Shown here one piece after another: positions 1 to 54,073 of a DNA stretch of 64,000 nt; positions within the stretch are counted from its first letter, which is position 1, and every line of letters begins with the position of its first letter. Below the pieces are notes generated by a model. It saw only the letters and a list, made by a program, of their open reading frames with translations. It ran no database searches and was not told the origin of the DNA. Source of the DNA: Octopus bimaculoides. Its lineage: Eukaryota. A program made the translations under genes and the position numbers. Location of the stretch: contig NC_068983.1 of assembly GCF_001194135.2 (NCBI RefSeq), positions 165,898,637 to 165,962,636 of the forward strand, in the 5' to 3' direction.

Positions 1-843
1 ATATATGCATATGTAGGCACAGGACGTCACGAAACGTGTACAAAAAAAAACGAAGCACGAGTACATGGAACATGAACTATTCTTTCTAACAACGAAAGAT
101 ACAAATGGAAAACAAAACAAACAACAAACAACATAAAGAACGACCCTTCATCAGTTGTTGGCTGTTTCTCTAGTCTCGTATTTCGAGCATTTAACAATAA
201 TATACGCTTTCGATAAAACAGTTTGCTCCTGCAAAGCAAATTGAATAAAATTTGGGATTTTGCGGAGGTTCAAAATACGTAACACAAACAAGATAGTGAA
301 AACAAACATGAAGGGCTGCTAAGCCTAAACGAGGTTGTGGTCCAGGGGACAAAAAAAAGATTGTTGTATGAGCGAAGCCTTTAGAATAAGAAAGAAAGAA
401 AGAAAGAAGGAAAGAAAGAAAGAAAGAAAGAAAGAGGGAAATAGCGAACGAGAGTGAGAACGAATGGATCATTACAATGTATGATATTCGGAATTAGTTC
501 TACTGCATTCAATAAATTGCGATCTTCTAGTTTTCCTTCGTTGGCAAGGATCCTGTGAGATCCACAGACATCAGGTGGATTGTACATTGGTATACTGCGA
601 GAAGATTAAACACCTGGAGTTCTTTAGTAGACAAGAAAAATATTGATTTCTAAGGTTGGCACAAGGCTTTGAATTGTAAGGAAATCGATTAAATTTATTC
701 CTGGATTTCACTTGATGTACTTATCTAATAGACTAAGGAAGGATAAACAGACAATCCGACTTTGGTAGGATTTGAACTCAGAGCGTAAAGGGATGTAACT
801 AAATACCACTTTACCTTTCCTTCTAAGCCATCACCTGAAAAGT

Positions 844-1048
844 ATTCTTTTCTTCTCTAGGCACAAGGCCCGAAATTTGGGGGGAGGGGCTAGTCGATTA
901 GATCGACCCCATCCCCCCCCACCACCACTACGCAACTGGTACTTAATTTGTCGACCCCGAAAGGATGGAAGGACAAAGCCGACCTCGGCGAAATTTGAAC
1001 TCAGAACATAAAGACAGACGAAATACCGCTAAGCATTTCGCCCGGTGT
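844..1048 (-). repeat. tRNA-derived SINE family A (core GAGTTCAAATTCCGCCGAGGTCGACTTTGCCTTTCATCC...), representative copy
   Basis: The same core recurs at about 620-810(-), 2818-3035(+), 5660-5890(-), 5960-6110(+), 7900-8050(-), 15590-15860, 29780-29925(+), 30817-31025(+), 31715-31880(+), 31910-32255 (inverted pair), 41130-41250(-), 43340-43445(-), 56180-56350(-), 60753-60965(-). Confidence 0.88.
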
Positions 1049-3302
1049 GTCTTCTACTTGCAGAAAGCTTAGATATTGCTCAAGAATGCTTACTAGCCAA
1101 TTCTAAGAAGTATAACGGGGTTATTTTCCCCCCATTTGATGCACAGCTCTACATTAGAAGATTAAGAGACATTCATGCGTTTCTCGAATCCATTTGAAGG
1201 ATAATTGTAGGGAATTAATTTTGAGATTCGAAAACCTGTTGCGCAACCGGCTCACCGAGTGTTTCGCTATCGATTTCAAATGTTCACCATTTTTAGCCAA
1301 TGAAATATTGACTTTGATTGAGGACAAGTACAATAAAAATGTCTTCCTTATCTCTCAACTCATATTGATTCCCAACCAAATATTACCAATTTACTGTCTG
1401 TTGCTGAAACCAAATGCTTGAAATTGTCATCCATGTCTGCTTAAATGAGCGATTATTTCAAAATTGTATATTGATCGTTATAAAGTCAGCCTGTTTCCTT
1501 AGCGTCATTATACCAGACTTCCTCCTCCTCCCCCTCCTCCGCTTCCTTTTCTTCCTACTTCTCCTCTTCCTCCAACTCCTCTTCTCTCTTCATATATCTT
1601 TACTCTCAGCTCTTAAATCGCTTCTTCTTCTTCTTCTGGTCGTTTATTAATGTTTCTTTTCTGACAACCACACCATTCAATGCAGATATTATTTTGTCTT
1701 CTCATAAGAATTAGAAAGCAATTACTGAAACCATAAATATAGAACATTTCACGAATGACTGAAAGGAAATACATGCTTTAGACATTTGAATAATTTATCT
1801 TTGATTAGGTTTTCCAATAAACCACATAGGTTTATTATAATACCAATTGAAAAAATAAATTACAATTTTATATTAACTTTAATTACTTTCATTAACGAAT
1901 TCATTTTATTTTCCATTTCAGTACGCTTTTTAACAGCACAAGTTCACATTCTAGGCTTGGCGTTTTGCCTATTTTATCTCAGATTAAACCTCTGTGGGCG
2001 TGTGACTATCGTAAATATAAGCACGTGAGAACTTCTGTAGAGAGTTAAGGCCTGTGATAAGTATACCTGCACCGTTTCACTTACATTTGGTTTACATTTG
2101 AAACAAGTCATTAACCTCGTTTTTTTTCTTCTTTAAACAGGCTGAGTATCTCGGGTATCAGGAACGATAGACTGATGGATTAAATACCTTAGAGGGTTTT
2201 GTCTTGTATCTATTTTTTTTCTGAGTTCAAAAGAGATCCGGAACGAGTTTTGCCTTTCATCCCGTCAAAGTTTCTATGCAATACGTTCCAAAGAAGTAGT
2301 CGTCTGCTTTAATCAATTTATTCTAAGATTAAAAATCGTTATCTGACGCCATATTAGTTTAATCATTCCTCATATTTCTTCCAAGATTACTTCAGCTTAT
2401 CAAATTCTTCTTTGGTTTACTATATTTTAAATATAATTGTGTCGATTCCAGCGAAAAATGAAATGAAACAAAATCTCAGGTATCTGAAAGCAATTTACCA
2501 TTAGTGTTTCGAAAGTCAATTACTAAACTACCTTCAGGGAAAAAAAAACATGTTTGTTTCTTGTATGGCATAAACAATGGATTGAGAGATGAACCACGTC
2601 CAGATTTGAACTCAAAATAACAAAGGAGCAACACTAAACATTGTAATGTATTTCATCCTATGCTCTTCAGTTTCTGTCCACTTTTCCTCTACACAATCGA
2701 TGGAAACGACGGGATGGTCGTGGCTGGGATGTTTTTGATTATAAGCCTAGTTGGGCAGAATTGATCTGAGCTCAAGCGACAGCTCAACTCTTTTAATAAT
2801 ATTTTTAGAACTGGTGTGGCGGTGAGCTGGCAGAATCATAAACACGCCGAACAAAATGCTGAGCGGCATTTCATCCGTCTTTACATTCTGAGTTCAAATT
2901 CTGCCGAGGTCGACTATGATTTTCCTCCTTTCGGAATCGATAAAATAAGTACCAATTGATTACTGGGGTCGATGGTATCAACTTACTTCCGCCTCCGAAA
3001 TTGCTGGCCTTGTGCCAACATTTGAAACCAAGAATCTTAGAGTTGGTCTAAGATGAACCGCTTTTATAAACGTATAATTGGCTGGTTTAGACTCCATTGT
3101 ACTTGTAGCACCTATTTTTATCGACAAAGGGTTGGCTGAAAGGGGAAGTCAGCTTCATCCCCAACAGGGATTAAACACAGTGATGTGGAGGGATGAAACA
3201 CGGCTCTACATACTTCGTCAGTTCGTACCAATTATCTCAACACTCTCCACCAGCATCTGTTTGATTAAAGGCGAAATTCTTTTCATATTTAATGCTCTAG
3301 AC

Positions 3303-4476
3303 CAGTGTTTCTCAACCGAGGTCCATAAGGACCCTAGGAGTCCATGTAAGAGTCTTGGGGGTCCATGTAAGAGTTTTGGGGGTCCACGCGAGCAAGAAAG
3401 TAAATTGAGGATCCACAGTAGTATTTTAAAGGTCCCTGAAAATAATTCCGTTTTAGATGTATTTATTTAGATGTACGAGGTGAGGTCAAAAAGTATCCGA
3501 CCTTGATTTTTTTTTTTTGCACAAAATAATGCGTGAGCAAAATCCGTAGGGGTATTAGGTGGCCGCGTTCTTCCTGAGCATGCGCAAAAATTGTCTTGTC
3601 TGTAGGTTGCCCCATTCGCCCGCAATGACGCCTTGAGTACAGACATGAAGAGTGTGCTGTGCAATTTTTCTTTTTGAGTCAAGATGATCGAGCGCACTGA
3701 GCAGGGATACGGCCAAAAGTTCTGCCAAAAACTTGGTGATACGCGAGCCAGGGCTATCGAGAAGATTCAGAAGGCCTTTGGAGATGATGCTATGGGAAAA
3801 ACACAAATGAAGGGGTGGTACAACCGGTTCGATGATGGCTGCACCACAGTGGACAGTGAGCCACGTTGTGGCAGACCTTCGACAAGCAGAAAGGACGAAA
3901 TGATTGCAAAAGTTCGAGGAATAGTCTATGATGACCGTCGTATAACTATTAAGGAGACTGTTGCCGAAGTTGGAATCAGCCATGGGTCAGTTCAGTTAGT
4001 TCATTCCGTCCACGTCATCCAAACATTTCTCGTCAAGCAATACACACAACTTGTTCGTCAGGTTTCCTATTCCCCAGACTTGGTTTCGTGTAACTTTGGG
4101 CTATTCCCAAAGCTAAAAAAAAAAACACTGAAAGGGAGAAAATTTGAGTCAACAGAAGGAGACTAAATCAAAATGAATTTTTTTATATTATTTGTTTTTT
4201 GGGCCAAAGGTTGGATACTTTTTGACTACACATCGTAAATATATATTTATAAGAAATCGCTTCCTTTCGCTAATATTTCACATAGTTCAACATGTTTGCG
4301 GTCACTGAATCATGTTCTCGCAGAGAGTGGTGTTACTGCAAACCTACACAAGTGAATGAGTGAAAACCAAAATAGGAAATTTTGAAATAAGCAGTTTTTA
4401 AGCATCGAATTGCTATGTGGGGGATGGAGTCCACCAGAATGGTGCAGTAATCAAAACAAATGGTTGAGAAGCACAG
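3303..4476. mobile_element. hAT (Charlie-like) MITE interrupted by a mariner insertion
   Basis: Left TIR CAGTGTTTCTCAACC at 3303; right GGTTGAGAAGCACAG 4462-4476 (13/15 match); degenerate 8-bp flanks CTCTAGAC / CTTCAGAT. Confidence 0.6.
3476..4235 (+). mobile_element. Internally deleted mariner transposon (760 bp), TA-flanked
   Basis: 29-bp TIRs CGAGGTGAGGTCAAAAAGTATCCGACCTT / AAGGTTGGATACTTTTTGACTACACATCG (25/29), TA on both sides. ORF 3684-4166 fuses the HTH region (KFCQKLG...GRPSTS) to YSPDL-like SYSPDLVSCNF, with most of the DD34D core missing. Confidence 0.9.
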
Positions 4477-6699
4477 CTTCAGATCAACCATGCGTTGTTG
4501 TGTTAATGGTTTGCGTAATATGGAAGACGAAGGCGAAACTTTGTGAGGCGACGTAAATATGATTGGATTGAAATCTGAACTATTTTCATTTGATGTGCAA
4601 CAGTTTAAATGAGAATTACAGACAGGCGTTCACTTGAATAAACAATCAAGTCGAAAAACCACCGGCGATGGCCACGATGCAAATCATTGACTAACTTTGA
4701 ACTTGTATTTTCGAAATCGTATTTGATTGACAAGGGATTTGATCCAAAATCGTGTGTTGAATCTAAAATAATTACATCAGGGTAAAGCTATGAAAGCTAT
4801 TTTAATTACACACAGACACTGTTAATTTCATTTTTGTGACATTTTGTAATACCAAAAGAGCGGATCAGTGTCCAGGACGAAGGCGTCCGACGAATGACGT
4901 TTTTATACTTAATTATTACAGAAACTAGAAGGCAACTCAACGTGACCAGGTAACTTCGGCAGAATATATTTTGGCCATAATGGATAATATCAGGAAATAT
5001 GGCATACATGCAATCTTTATGGACAACCTTACACACAAACATAAACATATATATACATACGTATGTATGTGTGTGTGTATGTATGTATGTATGTATGTGA
5101 AATAAATAGAGTGACAGAGTTAGTATTAATATCCAAAGGTAAGTTATTCTCCACTTAAAAGTGGATGTTGCAATATTCACCAAGAGAGAAACCTTTCATC
5201 TAATTATTTCGTGCATAAAAGCATATCAAAGCAATCGCCAGCGGCAGACGATCGCCGCTACTTCCAGATCACGTGATTTCGGTCTAATTTGGTTCTGTAT
5301 TTCTATGTCTATCGCAAGCGCGCCTGTTGCTGCTATTTCCAGTCGTTTGGTGTCTATCATTGAAAAGGCCAAATTAAACCAAAACCACATGATCTGCTAT
5401 ATTTATTACGTTAAATAAAATCAAATAAAAGAAAAACACAATGTACATGTATTCATTCTTAAGATGTTCTTCAAACTCCCCTCATTACTCTGACATTTAC
5501 TCCCCCCTCACCTATGTTAGTGAGTCTTTCTTTTTCATTGTATGTGTAACGATCTTTTACTCATTGCGTACCACCAAGCCTAGTATATGTACTCGTCCAG
5601 TAGCATTTATGTCAACTCTCTCTCCACTGTAAAGAATGGAGAAATCAATCAACCAACCAGCCTTTGTATTGGTTATTATTATATTGGTTTCAAATGTTGA
5701 CACAAGGCCAGCAAGTTTGGGGGAGGGTAAGTCGATTGCATCAACCCCAGTATGCAAGTGGTACTTAATTTCATCAACCCTAAAAGGATGAAAGGCCAAG
5801 TCAATCTCGACAGAATTTGAACTCAAAACATAAAAACCGAAATGCCGCTAAGCATTTTCCTGGTGTGCTAACGTTTCTGCCAGCCTGCCATCTCATCAGT
5901 TTACATTGAAACAAAGAAGGTGCTGAACTCATAGAATCATCAACCAGATGAGACAAACTGCTTAGCATGCTTTGAGTTCAAATGTTGCCAGGATCAACTT
6001 AGCTTTTCATCCTCTTGGGGAAAAATAAAACAGGGACCAGTCAAATGTAATAGGCCAGCCCCCTCCCTCAAAGTTTCAGGCCTTGTGTCTGTAGTAGAAA
6101 TAATTATTAGAGAGAGATTACTATGTAGAAAGCACCAGTGTTGAGAACTGGTGCTGGTGTCATGCAGAAAGCACCCAGTCCACATTCTGTAAAGTGGTTC
6201 TTGTTAGGAAGACCATCCAGCTATAGAAACCATTCCAAAGCAGACAACGGTTTGGTTCCTGGCTTTATCAGCTCATTAAACCATCCAACCCATGCCCGCA
6301 TGGAAAATGGATGTTAAATGATGATGGTGATGGATCTCTTCAATTTGAAACATCAGATCCAATTTCACTTAATTTCTAAACACTAACATAGGGGTGGTCA
6401 TGGCAACATTATGGAATTTGGCTATTCTCTTTGAGATGTTTTCACTACAAATTTTCTTAGGGCTGATAGCAGCTAAATACTGGGGTCAATCTAGGTCTCC
6501 TCCACAAAATATGCTTTAAAAGAATTTAAGAAGTTCCAAAAAGAAAAACAAAATCATGAGACAGAGTTAATTCTTTTGATTTGGTATTTGCTGCAGAATA
6601 TAGAAAATCTATGCTTTTTTTTTTTTAAGTGGGAGAGCAGTTGTATGTATTTAGCAAAAAATGTAAATGCCTCAGTCCATCTAACTGTAAAAAGAAACC

Positions 6700-7275
6700 A
6701 CTTGTTGGGAGGGGAAGTTCCGTTTGGCTCTCCAGAAATACTCCTTTGAGTAAAATATTTAATGTGAGTGAATCTTGGACGATAAGCAAAGTCATTGAGA
6801 AGAGACTCAAAGCTGCAGAAATGTGGTTTTGTAGAAAAATGCTTAGAATCTGGTGGGTAGAGAGGGGGTGACGAATGTGGAAGTGTTGAAGAAGAAGAAA
6901 GTGAAGAGGCAGTTGATGGATAGAAGCAGAGAGAGAGAGAGCGAGAGTGGAGATTTGTTGGTCATTTTCTCAGAGAGGATGACGGATTGGAGTGTTGCAC
7001 GGTGAAGACTGAGCTGGTGGGAGGGAGAGCGAGAGGAAGGCAGAGAATGAATGTGCGGTGGGAGAAAGACCTGGGTGATGTTCTGAGAGACAGAAATAAA
7101 TGAAGGAGGAACAAGCAATGATTCCTCAATCGTATGAATATGCCATGACACGAGAGAGAAATGATGATAAAAAGACAGGAAGAATATTTGATTGGAGATT
7201 TTCTGTTTTGGGTCCCTGAAGTGGAGCTGCAGGATTGCCTGCAGGCAGCAAGGGACCTGATAAGGAATGATGGAC
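6700..7275 (+). mobile_element. RTE-clade LINE, decayed 3' ORF fragment
   Basis: SESWTISKVIEKRLKAAEMWFCRKMLRIWW resembles the RTE post-RT motif YGCESWT...AFEMWCWRRMLRIPW; followed by a frameshifted FVGH-like segment. Confidence 0.75.
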
Positions 7276-8815
7276 AATGAGGCTTAGCGCCTCAATTTAT
7301 GTGATTATAATTGTTTGAAAAAAAGAGAAAAAAGAAGTGTTTTCGAGGGCAATCAGTCGGCAGGCGTCGTTGCTCCTCCCATCAATATCATATTTTGCTA
7401 TCGTTTAACCTTGTTTGTGTTTCTGTCCTGCCCACATTTCTTCTATCTTTGTACTGCCCTTGTGGCAAATTTCATGAAATAAAGAAGCTTGCTTCCCAAT
7501 CACATGGTTCTAGGTTCAGTCCCACTATGTGGCACCTTGAACAAGTGTCTTCTGCTATAGCCTCGGGCCGACCAAAGTGGATTTGGTAGACGGAAACTGA
7601 AAAAAACCTGTGGTGTGTGTGTGTATGTATGTATGTATGTATTTGTGTGTCTGTATTTATCCCCCTACCATTGCTTGACAACTATTGTTGGTGTGTTTAC
7701 ATCAGTGTAACATAACGGTTCAGCAAAAGAATAAGTCCTGGTATCGATTTGTTCAACTAAAGGCAGTACTCCAGCATGGCCACAGCCTTTGGGCTGGAAC
7801 ATAGAAAAGAGTCGCAGCACTGGCCCCATGACGTGTGTGTTGAGGAGATTTACACCTGGCAGAGTCCATTGCTCTCACCAGGTTTGACAAAAGTTGATTT
7901 CTTATACAGAGACAGACAGGGAAGAACTGACTCCAGTGAAAAACTAATTCTCTATCAACCCTGGAAGGATAAAAGATAAAGTTGACTTCAACAGGATTTG
8001 AACTCAAAGTGCAGAGATTCAAAACAATTCCTCTGACACTCAAACAACTCTGTCAATTGGCCCCCTAATCTGTATACCTTGGACAAATAACAGCAACAAT
8101 AATCATAGAAACTCCCTTTGTATGAGGATTAGGGTGGGTTTTGAAATAAATTCACTTAAATTTGTCATTCAACCATAGAATCCGCACCAATACAGAGAGG
8201 TGGTGCACAATGCAGTCCTTCAACATGTCAGATCCTGTCAAACTCTTCAACCCATGGCAGAATAGAAAACAAAGACATGTCCCATCATACCCTAACATTA
8301 AGCTGCTTCCCTTTAATGCAACCCCAATCAAGGGGTTCCTGGTCAAGCAGGTTAATTGGTGATTTCATTACTTTTGGTACCACAAAAAAAGGGCACCCAG
8401 AGCAGATTGGAAAGTGGTCGGAATTGGAAGGGTCTCCAGATGTAGAAACCATTCCAAAGTAGACAGGTGGAGTACAGTGCAGTCCTTGGACACGTCAGAT
8501 CCTCTCCAACCATCCAACTGGAAACTAAATGATGTGGATGGATAACGAATGATGGTGAATCTCCTTCAGGAAGGTATGTCACATCATTCTCAAGCCAGAT
8601 CAAAGGAAAGGTAAAGTTGATTCCGAAAGGAGATGAATTCAAAACAAACACGAAATCAAAGACATTCACGCAACCATTGCAACAATAACAACAACACATA
8701 ATAAAAAGAATAAACAAACAGGAAAAATGATGTAACTTTTACTTCATGATTTGATGTTTCATTTGAAATGAATTTTTAAAAATTAATGTAAAAAATATTT
8801 TTTTAGAAAGTGGAA

Positions 8816-34474
<25,659 letters not shown>

Positions 34475-36559
34475 CTTCCCATGTGAGTGATCTCCCTTCC
34501 ACCTTAGCATCTCCAGTTTTAATGAGCATAAAAACACCACTTGCCCCCGTCCTGTTGTCTCTTTGCTTCGATAATTCGAGGAGTTCGCTTTAGTATTCGC
34601 GATGTTTCGGGTTCGATGTCACCCTAGGGCACCCTGATTAAGGGTCATCTACCACAGCTTTGGTCAAACGAAGTTTTGCGAGGGAAATTAGGTAGAAACT
34701 GTGTGTTAGCATAAAAGACCAGCCTTGTTACGTTGATTCTTCTTACGGATTACTTTAAGGATACAAGTGTCTGTGGAATACTCACCCATTTACTATGACT
34801 CAACGCGCAGATCGTTTAGTTGATTGCACAATTAGAATAGGGTGGTTCCACTTACTCTTAAACCCATCGTTCAACATCCGAAGACCTCCTACCCACTCAC
34901 ACAATTTGTTGCGATCTTTATATTCAATTTATATTGAAATAATGGCAGGTAGATAAAATGTGATCCCATTGAGGTAGGATGCATATTGCTGACCAGCCCC
35001 TCTGCAGGTCCTGTTGGGCGTCACAGGGGCCAACAGGCAAAAGGACATGAAGTTAGCTAATGGAAGCAGCAAACGTTACATCAAAATGGCTATAGATTAG
35101 CAAGTGTGAACCTTCGAAGGAGTAGTTCTACCTGGGTAGAAGCTAGTGCTTGATCAACCCCAGTTGGATCACCTGGCTGAGGGTGTTTGATTGTTTAAAA
35201 AGATCCGAAACATCCACATTGATGATGTATCTCGATGCGTTGAAGAACTTCGTTAAATGGTCCTTTACTTATGTGTGCATTCTGGTATTACACAATCTCC
35301 TAAAAGTTCGCAAGTTTAAGCAAAATAAAGAAGTACCTTACAATTTTTCGAAATTATATTTTGTTCTGTTTTTCTTTCCTTTTTTTTTTTTTTTTGATAT
35401 ATTTGTATTCTTGGCGAACTCCATATTGTATGAAAAATTAGATCAATCAGCTTTAAGCCAATCCTAACTGAACAGGTCTGTGATTTTGTTACCTGCATTT
35501 CTGTATGATTTGAGGCATATTCGACTGGTAGTTTTAGCAAGTCAACGTATTAGGCCTACTCAAAGTTAAATCTATCCGTCAAAAGCTAACCAGATCGTTG
35601 ATTGGAAATATAGAAAACATGACTGTCAACAAACTGAATTATCGACTTACAGTTGCGTTTGTATCTTTACTCTTCAAGCAATAATTATGAGGTTTTTTTG
35701 GGAGGGGTTGATGGCCGAAAAGACGCACGGGTATATTATATGCACCCCAGTTGTAGAAGCACATATTTGCGAAAAAACGGTTTTTAGTGCATTAAAGCTT
35801 ATAGAGGCTCGACTTCGCATGTAGGACCCGGGGTGATTTTTTGAGGGGGAAAAAATGAGCGTTTTATAGGACAGCAAATACAAGGGACAACTCGACATAT
35901 GTTCCAGTGTAATTAGACCTCCTCAGCGTTGACTTCACTCAAGCGTATATTCAGCCGTCTGGGTAGAACTTTCGCTTGTGCAGCTGACAACGATAAAAGA
36001 GGCAGCAATTGCAGGATCACAGACTCTTCTAATTTATCTATTTCATTTCTTTTCCTTTGAGCATGAACCACGCTCTCCACCCCTCCATTTATATCTCCTT
36101 TCAGATACTGTTGAGTCTCGTGTATATAAGAAAAGGGTAAGTTGAAAACCTACGTTCAGTTGTAAATATCCAAGCAATAAGTAAACAAAGTCTCCCTCTG
36201 TGTACTCAAAAATCAAAAAAAAACAAGCAAGAAAAATAATTTTAATACGACCAAGATTCTTAACCCCATAAACAGATTGGAATGGTAGTGAAGGGATCTA
36301 AGACATGTCTGTTGGCAGCAAATACTACCCTCGGATAGTCACCACTTCAACCATATACATATATATATAAATGTGTGTGTGTTCTTATTCTTCGTCTTAT
36401 TCCGTTCTATTTTTTTCTCTCTTCTTCCCCCATCGTGACGGGTCAAATCGTCTTCACCTCAACAATCAGATTAATTCGGGTCGAGTAATTTAACCTCGTT
36501 TATTTATTTATCAATATGATTGAAGTATAGAAATATCATAGAGCTACTTATCTCTCTCT

Positions 36560-36599
<40 letters not shown>

Positions 36600-36624
36600 T
36601 TTACATAGTTTGCAAGATAAATGT

Positions 36625-36717
36625 GGCGGAGGTAAAGAATATGCACACCACCCGTTTTCGGCGTAACAAAAACCCTAACTCTAAACACCGGGTGTGTGCG
36701 TATTCTTTACTTTCGCC
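36625..36717. mobile_element. 93-bp inverted-repeat MITE-like element upstream of ACAT2
   Basis: GGCGGAGGTAAAGAATATGCACACCACCCG (36625-36654) vs reverse complement of CGGGTGTGTGCGTATTCTTTACTTTCGCC (36689-36717); spacer contains AACCCTAACT. Confidence 0.7.
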
Positions 36718-36899
36718 AACAAATGGTGAGTAGAATAAGATGCAGTCGTAGGGATTTGGTAGAATCTAAAGACGGTTTTAAATCTTTTGTCGTATTTATT
36801 TAACCTGTCACCCGATAATCTGAACGATCTCCACTAATCTAAATTAATACTGTATCTCTTTAAGGTCTCTGATTAAATTTAATATTCGTAGTTGCTAAA

Positions 36900-37145
36900 A
36901 ACATACATCCAATTTAACACACACATTAATACACCAGCAAACTCACCCCACACCCTTTACTCAACAAGTCCCAAGTCGCTTCTTTGCCGGTTGTCGGATG
37001 ACTTCCGGGCAATTATTTATTTCTCTCCACGTGTTGGGCGATTCAATCGGAAATTTTGACGTGAAACACTCACACACATACATCTATTTACATCTCTATA
37101 TAATTATCGCCTCTTGTTTTTTTTTCTGTTTGAAATAACACAGTT
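36900..37145 (+). promoter_or_regulatory. Putative ACAT2 proximal promoter/5' UTR (CCAAT, SRE-like, ETS, E-box, CRE-like motifs)
   Basis: CCAAT 36909-36913; CTCACCCCAC 36942-36951; ACTTCCGG 37001-37008; CACGTG 37028-37033; TGACGTG 37057-37063; CpG-retaining sequence just upstream of the ATG. TSS not determined. Confidence 0.55.
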
Positions 37146-52823
<15,678 letters not shown>

Positions 52824-53477
52824 GAAGTTCTTTTGCCTTAAATATCTCTGGAAATTTACCTGAATATGTGTGCTCTCTCTTTGTCTCTCTCTCTCTCTCT
52901 CTCTCTCTCTTTTCATATATATATATATATAATTCTTTCATAAAAAATATGATATATATTTATTGCATATTTTTCTTGCTATTATTATTATTATTATTAT
53001 TACTTTATAATATGGAGTGCTAAAAATGGTTGTATCAGACAAAATGCCTTACAATATTTACTTTTCATTCTTTCTGTATTTGGAATTTAAAGACTCACTA
53101 CTAATTTGCCTTTCATCCCTCTGCTATCAGTACCAGATGTATACTAGGGTTGGTTCAGTTAATTATACACCTCCACTACAAGTCTGTGTCATTATACTTA
53201 CATATGTTCAACATTCAGCTGCAGATGCGATACTTGGACCCATCATCAACATTGTATCCTAGGATCACTGGGTGTTTCAGGTCTTCTAACATACACCCAC
53301 AATTATGTGGTCCGAACAAAGATGATCAAGCCACAACCCAAGTACCTGACATATACTAAGGGCTAATTCGGTTCATTATACTCTTCCACTGCAGATTTAT
53401 GGCACTGCACCAACATAAGCAGTTTTTATGTAAAATTTAATTAACTATATTTTGGTTTATGTTACTTACATGATACT

Positions 53478-53483
53478 AATAAA
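53478..53483 (+). terminator. Candidate ACAT2 polyadenylation signal (AATAAA)
   Basis: An AATAAA about 650 nt after the stop codon; another lies near 53646; no transcript evidence. Confidence 0.3.
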
Positions 53484-54073
53484 TATGAAATTTATACAAA
53501 ATCTCCTTGAAACACTGTTCTAAGGTTAATCTGATTGTTTTCTCACTTTTCCTAATTTTTTTTAATGTCTATTTTTCCATGCTTGCATGGATCAGATGAA
53601 TACATTAGAACAGAGTATATGAATAGCAGTGTCATTGTTTGCAACCAATAAACATATACGAAGGTAAAGATAAGTACAAACATACACACACACACAGTAC
53701 ATGTTTGACCTATTTCTCCACTCACAAGACTAGTTGATCTGAAGCTATAGAAGAAGACAGTTACTCAAAGCGGCATGCAGTGGGACTGAGCCTGAAACCA
53801 TGGTCTTTGGAAGTGATCCTCAAATTTATTCCCATTATTACCATAACCCTTTATCTTGTGTGTGTGAGAGAAATTGCATTGAAATGTATTGGGAGAAATG
53901 CCTCTCTCATTCTATCTGTTTCATGTTCCCTCTCACACACACACAGTCCCTTCCTTGTATATTGTCTTCATTCTTGTCTCTAAGCTTACCATTCTCTTGT
54001 TTAGTCTTTCCAATAAAGGTACTGTTATTTGTATCTTTTATTATTTAAAAACCCGTTTTCATCCCTCCATCTA

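Noticed and set aside
130-160. CTGATGA on the minus strand in the repeat at the window start
   Set aside because: No stem II closing onto GAAA follows; not a hammerhead.
844-1048. tRNA genes
   Set aside because: A/B-box-like heads belong to SINEs; no complete cloverleaf was seen.
34980-35060. GC-rich hairpin tested as an HDV-like or twister ribozyme
   Set aside because: No nested double pseudoknot or twister core could be assembled by eye.
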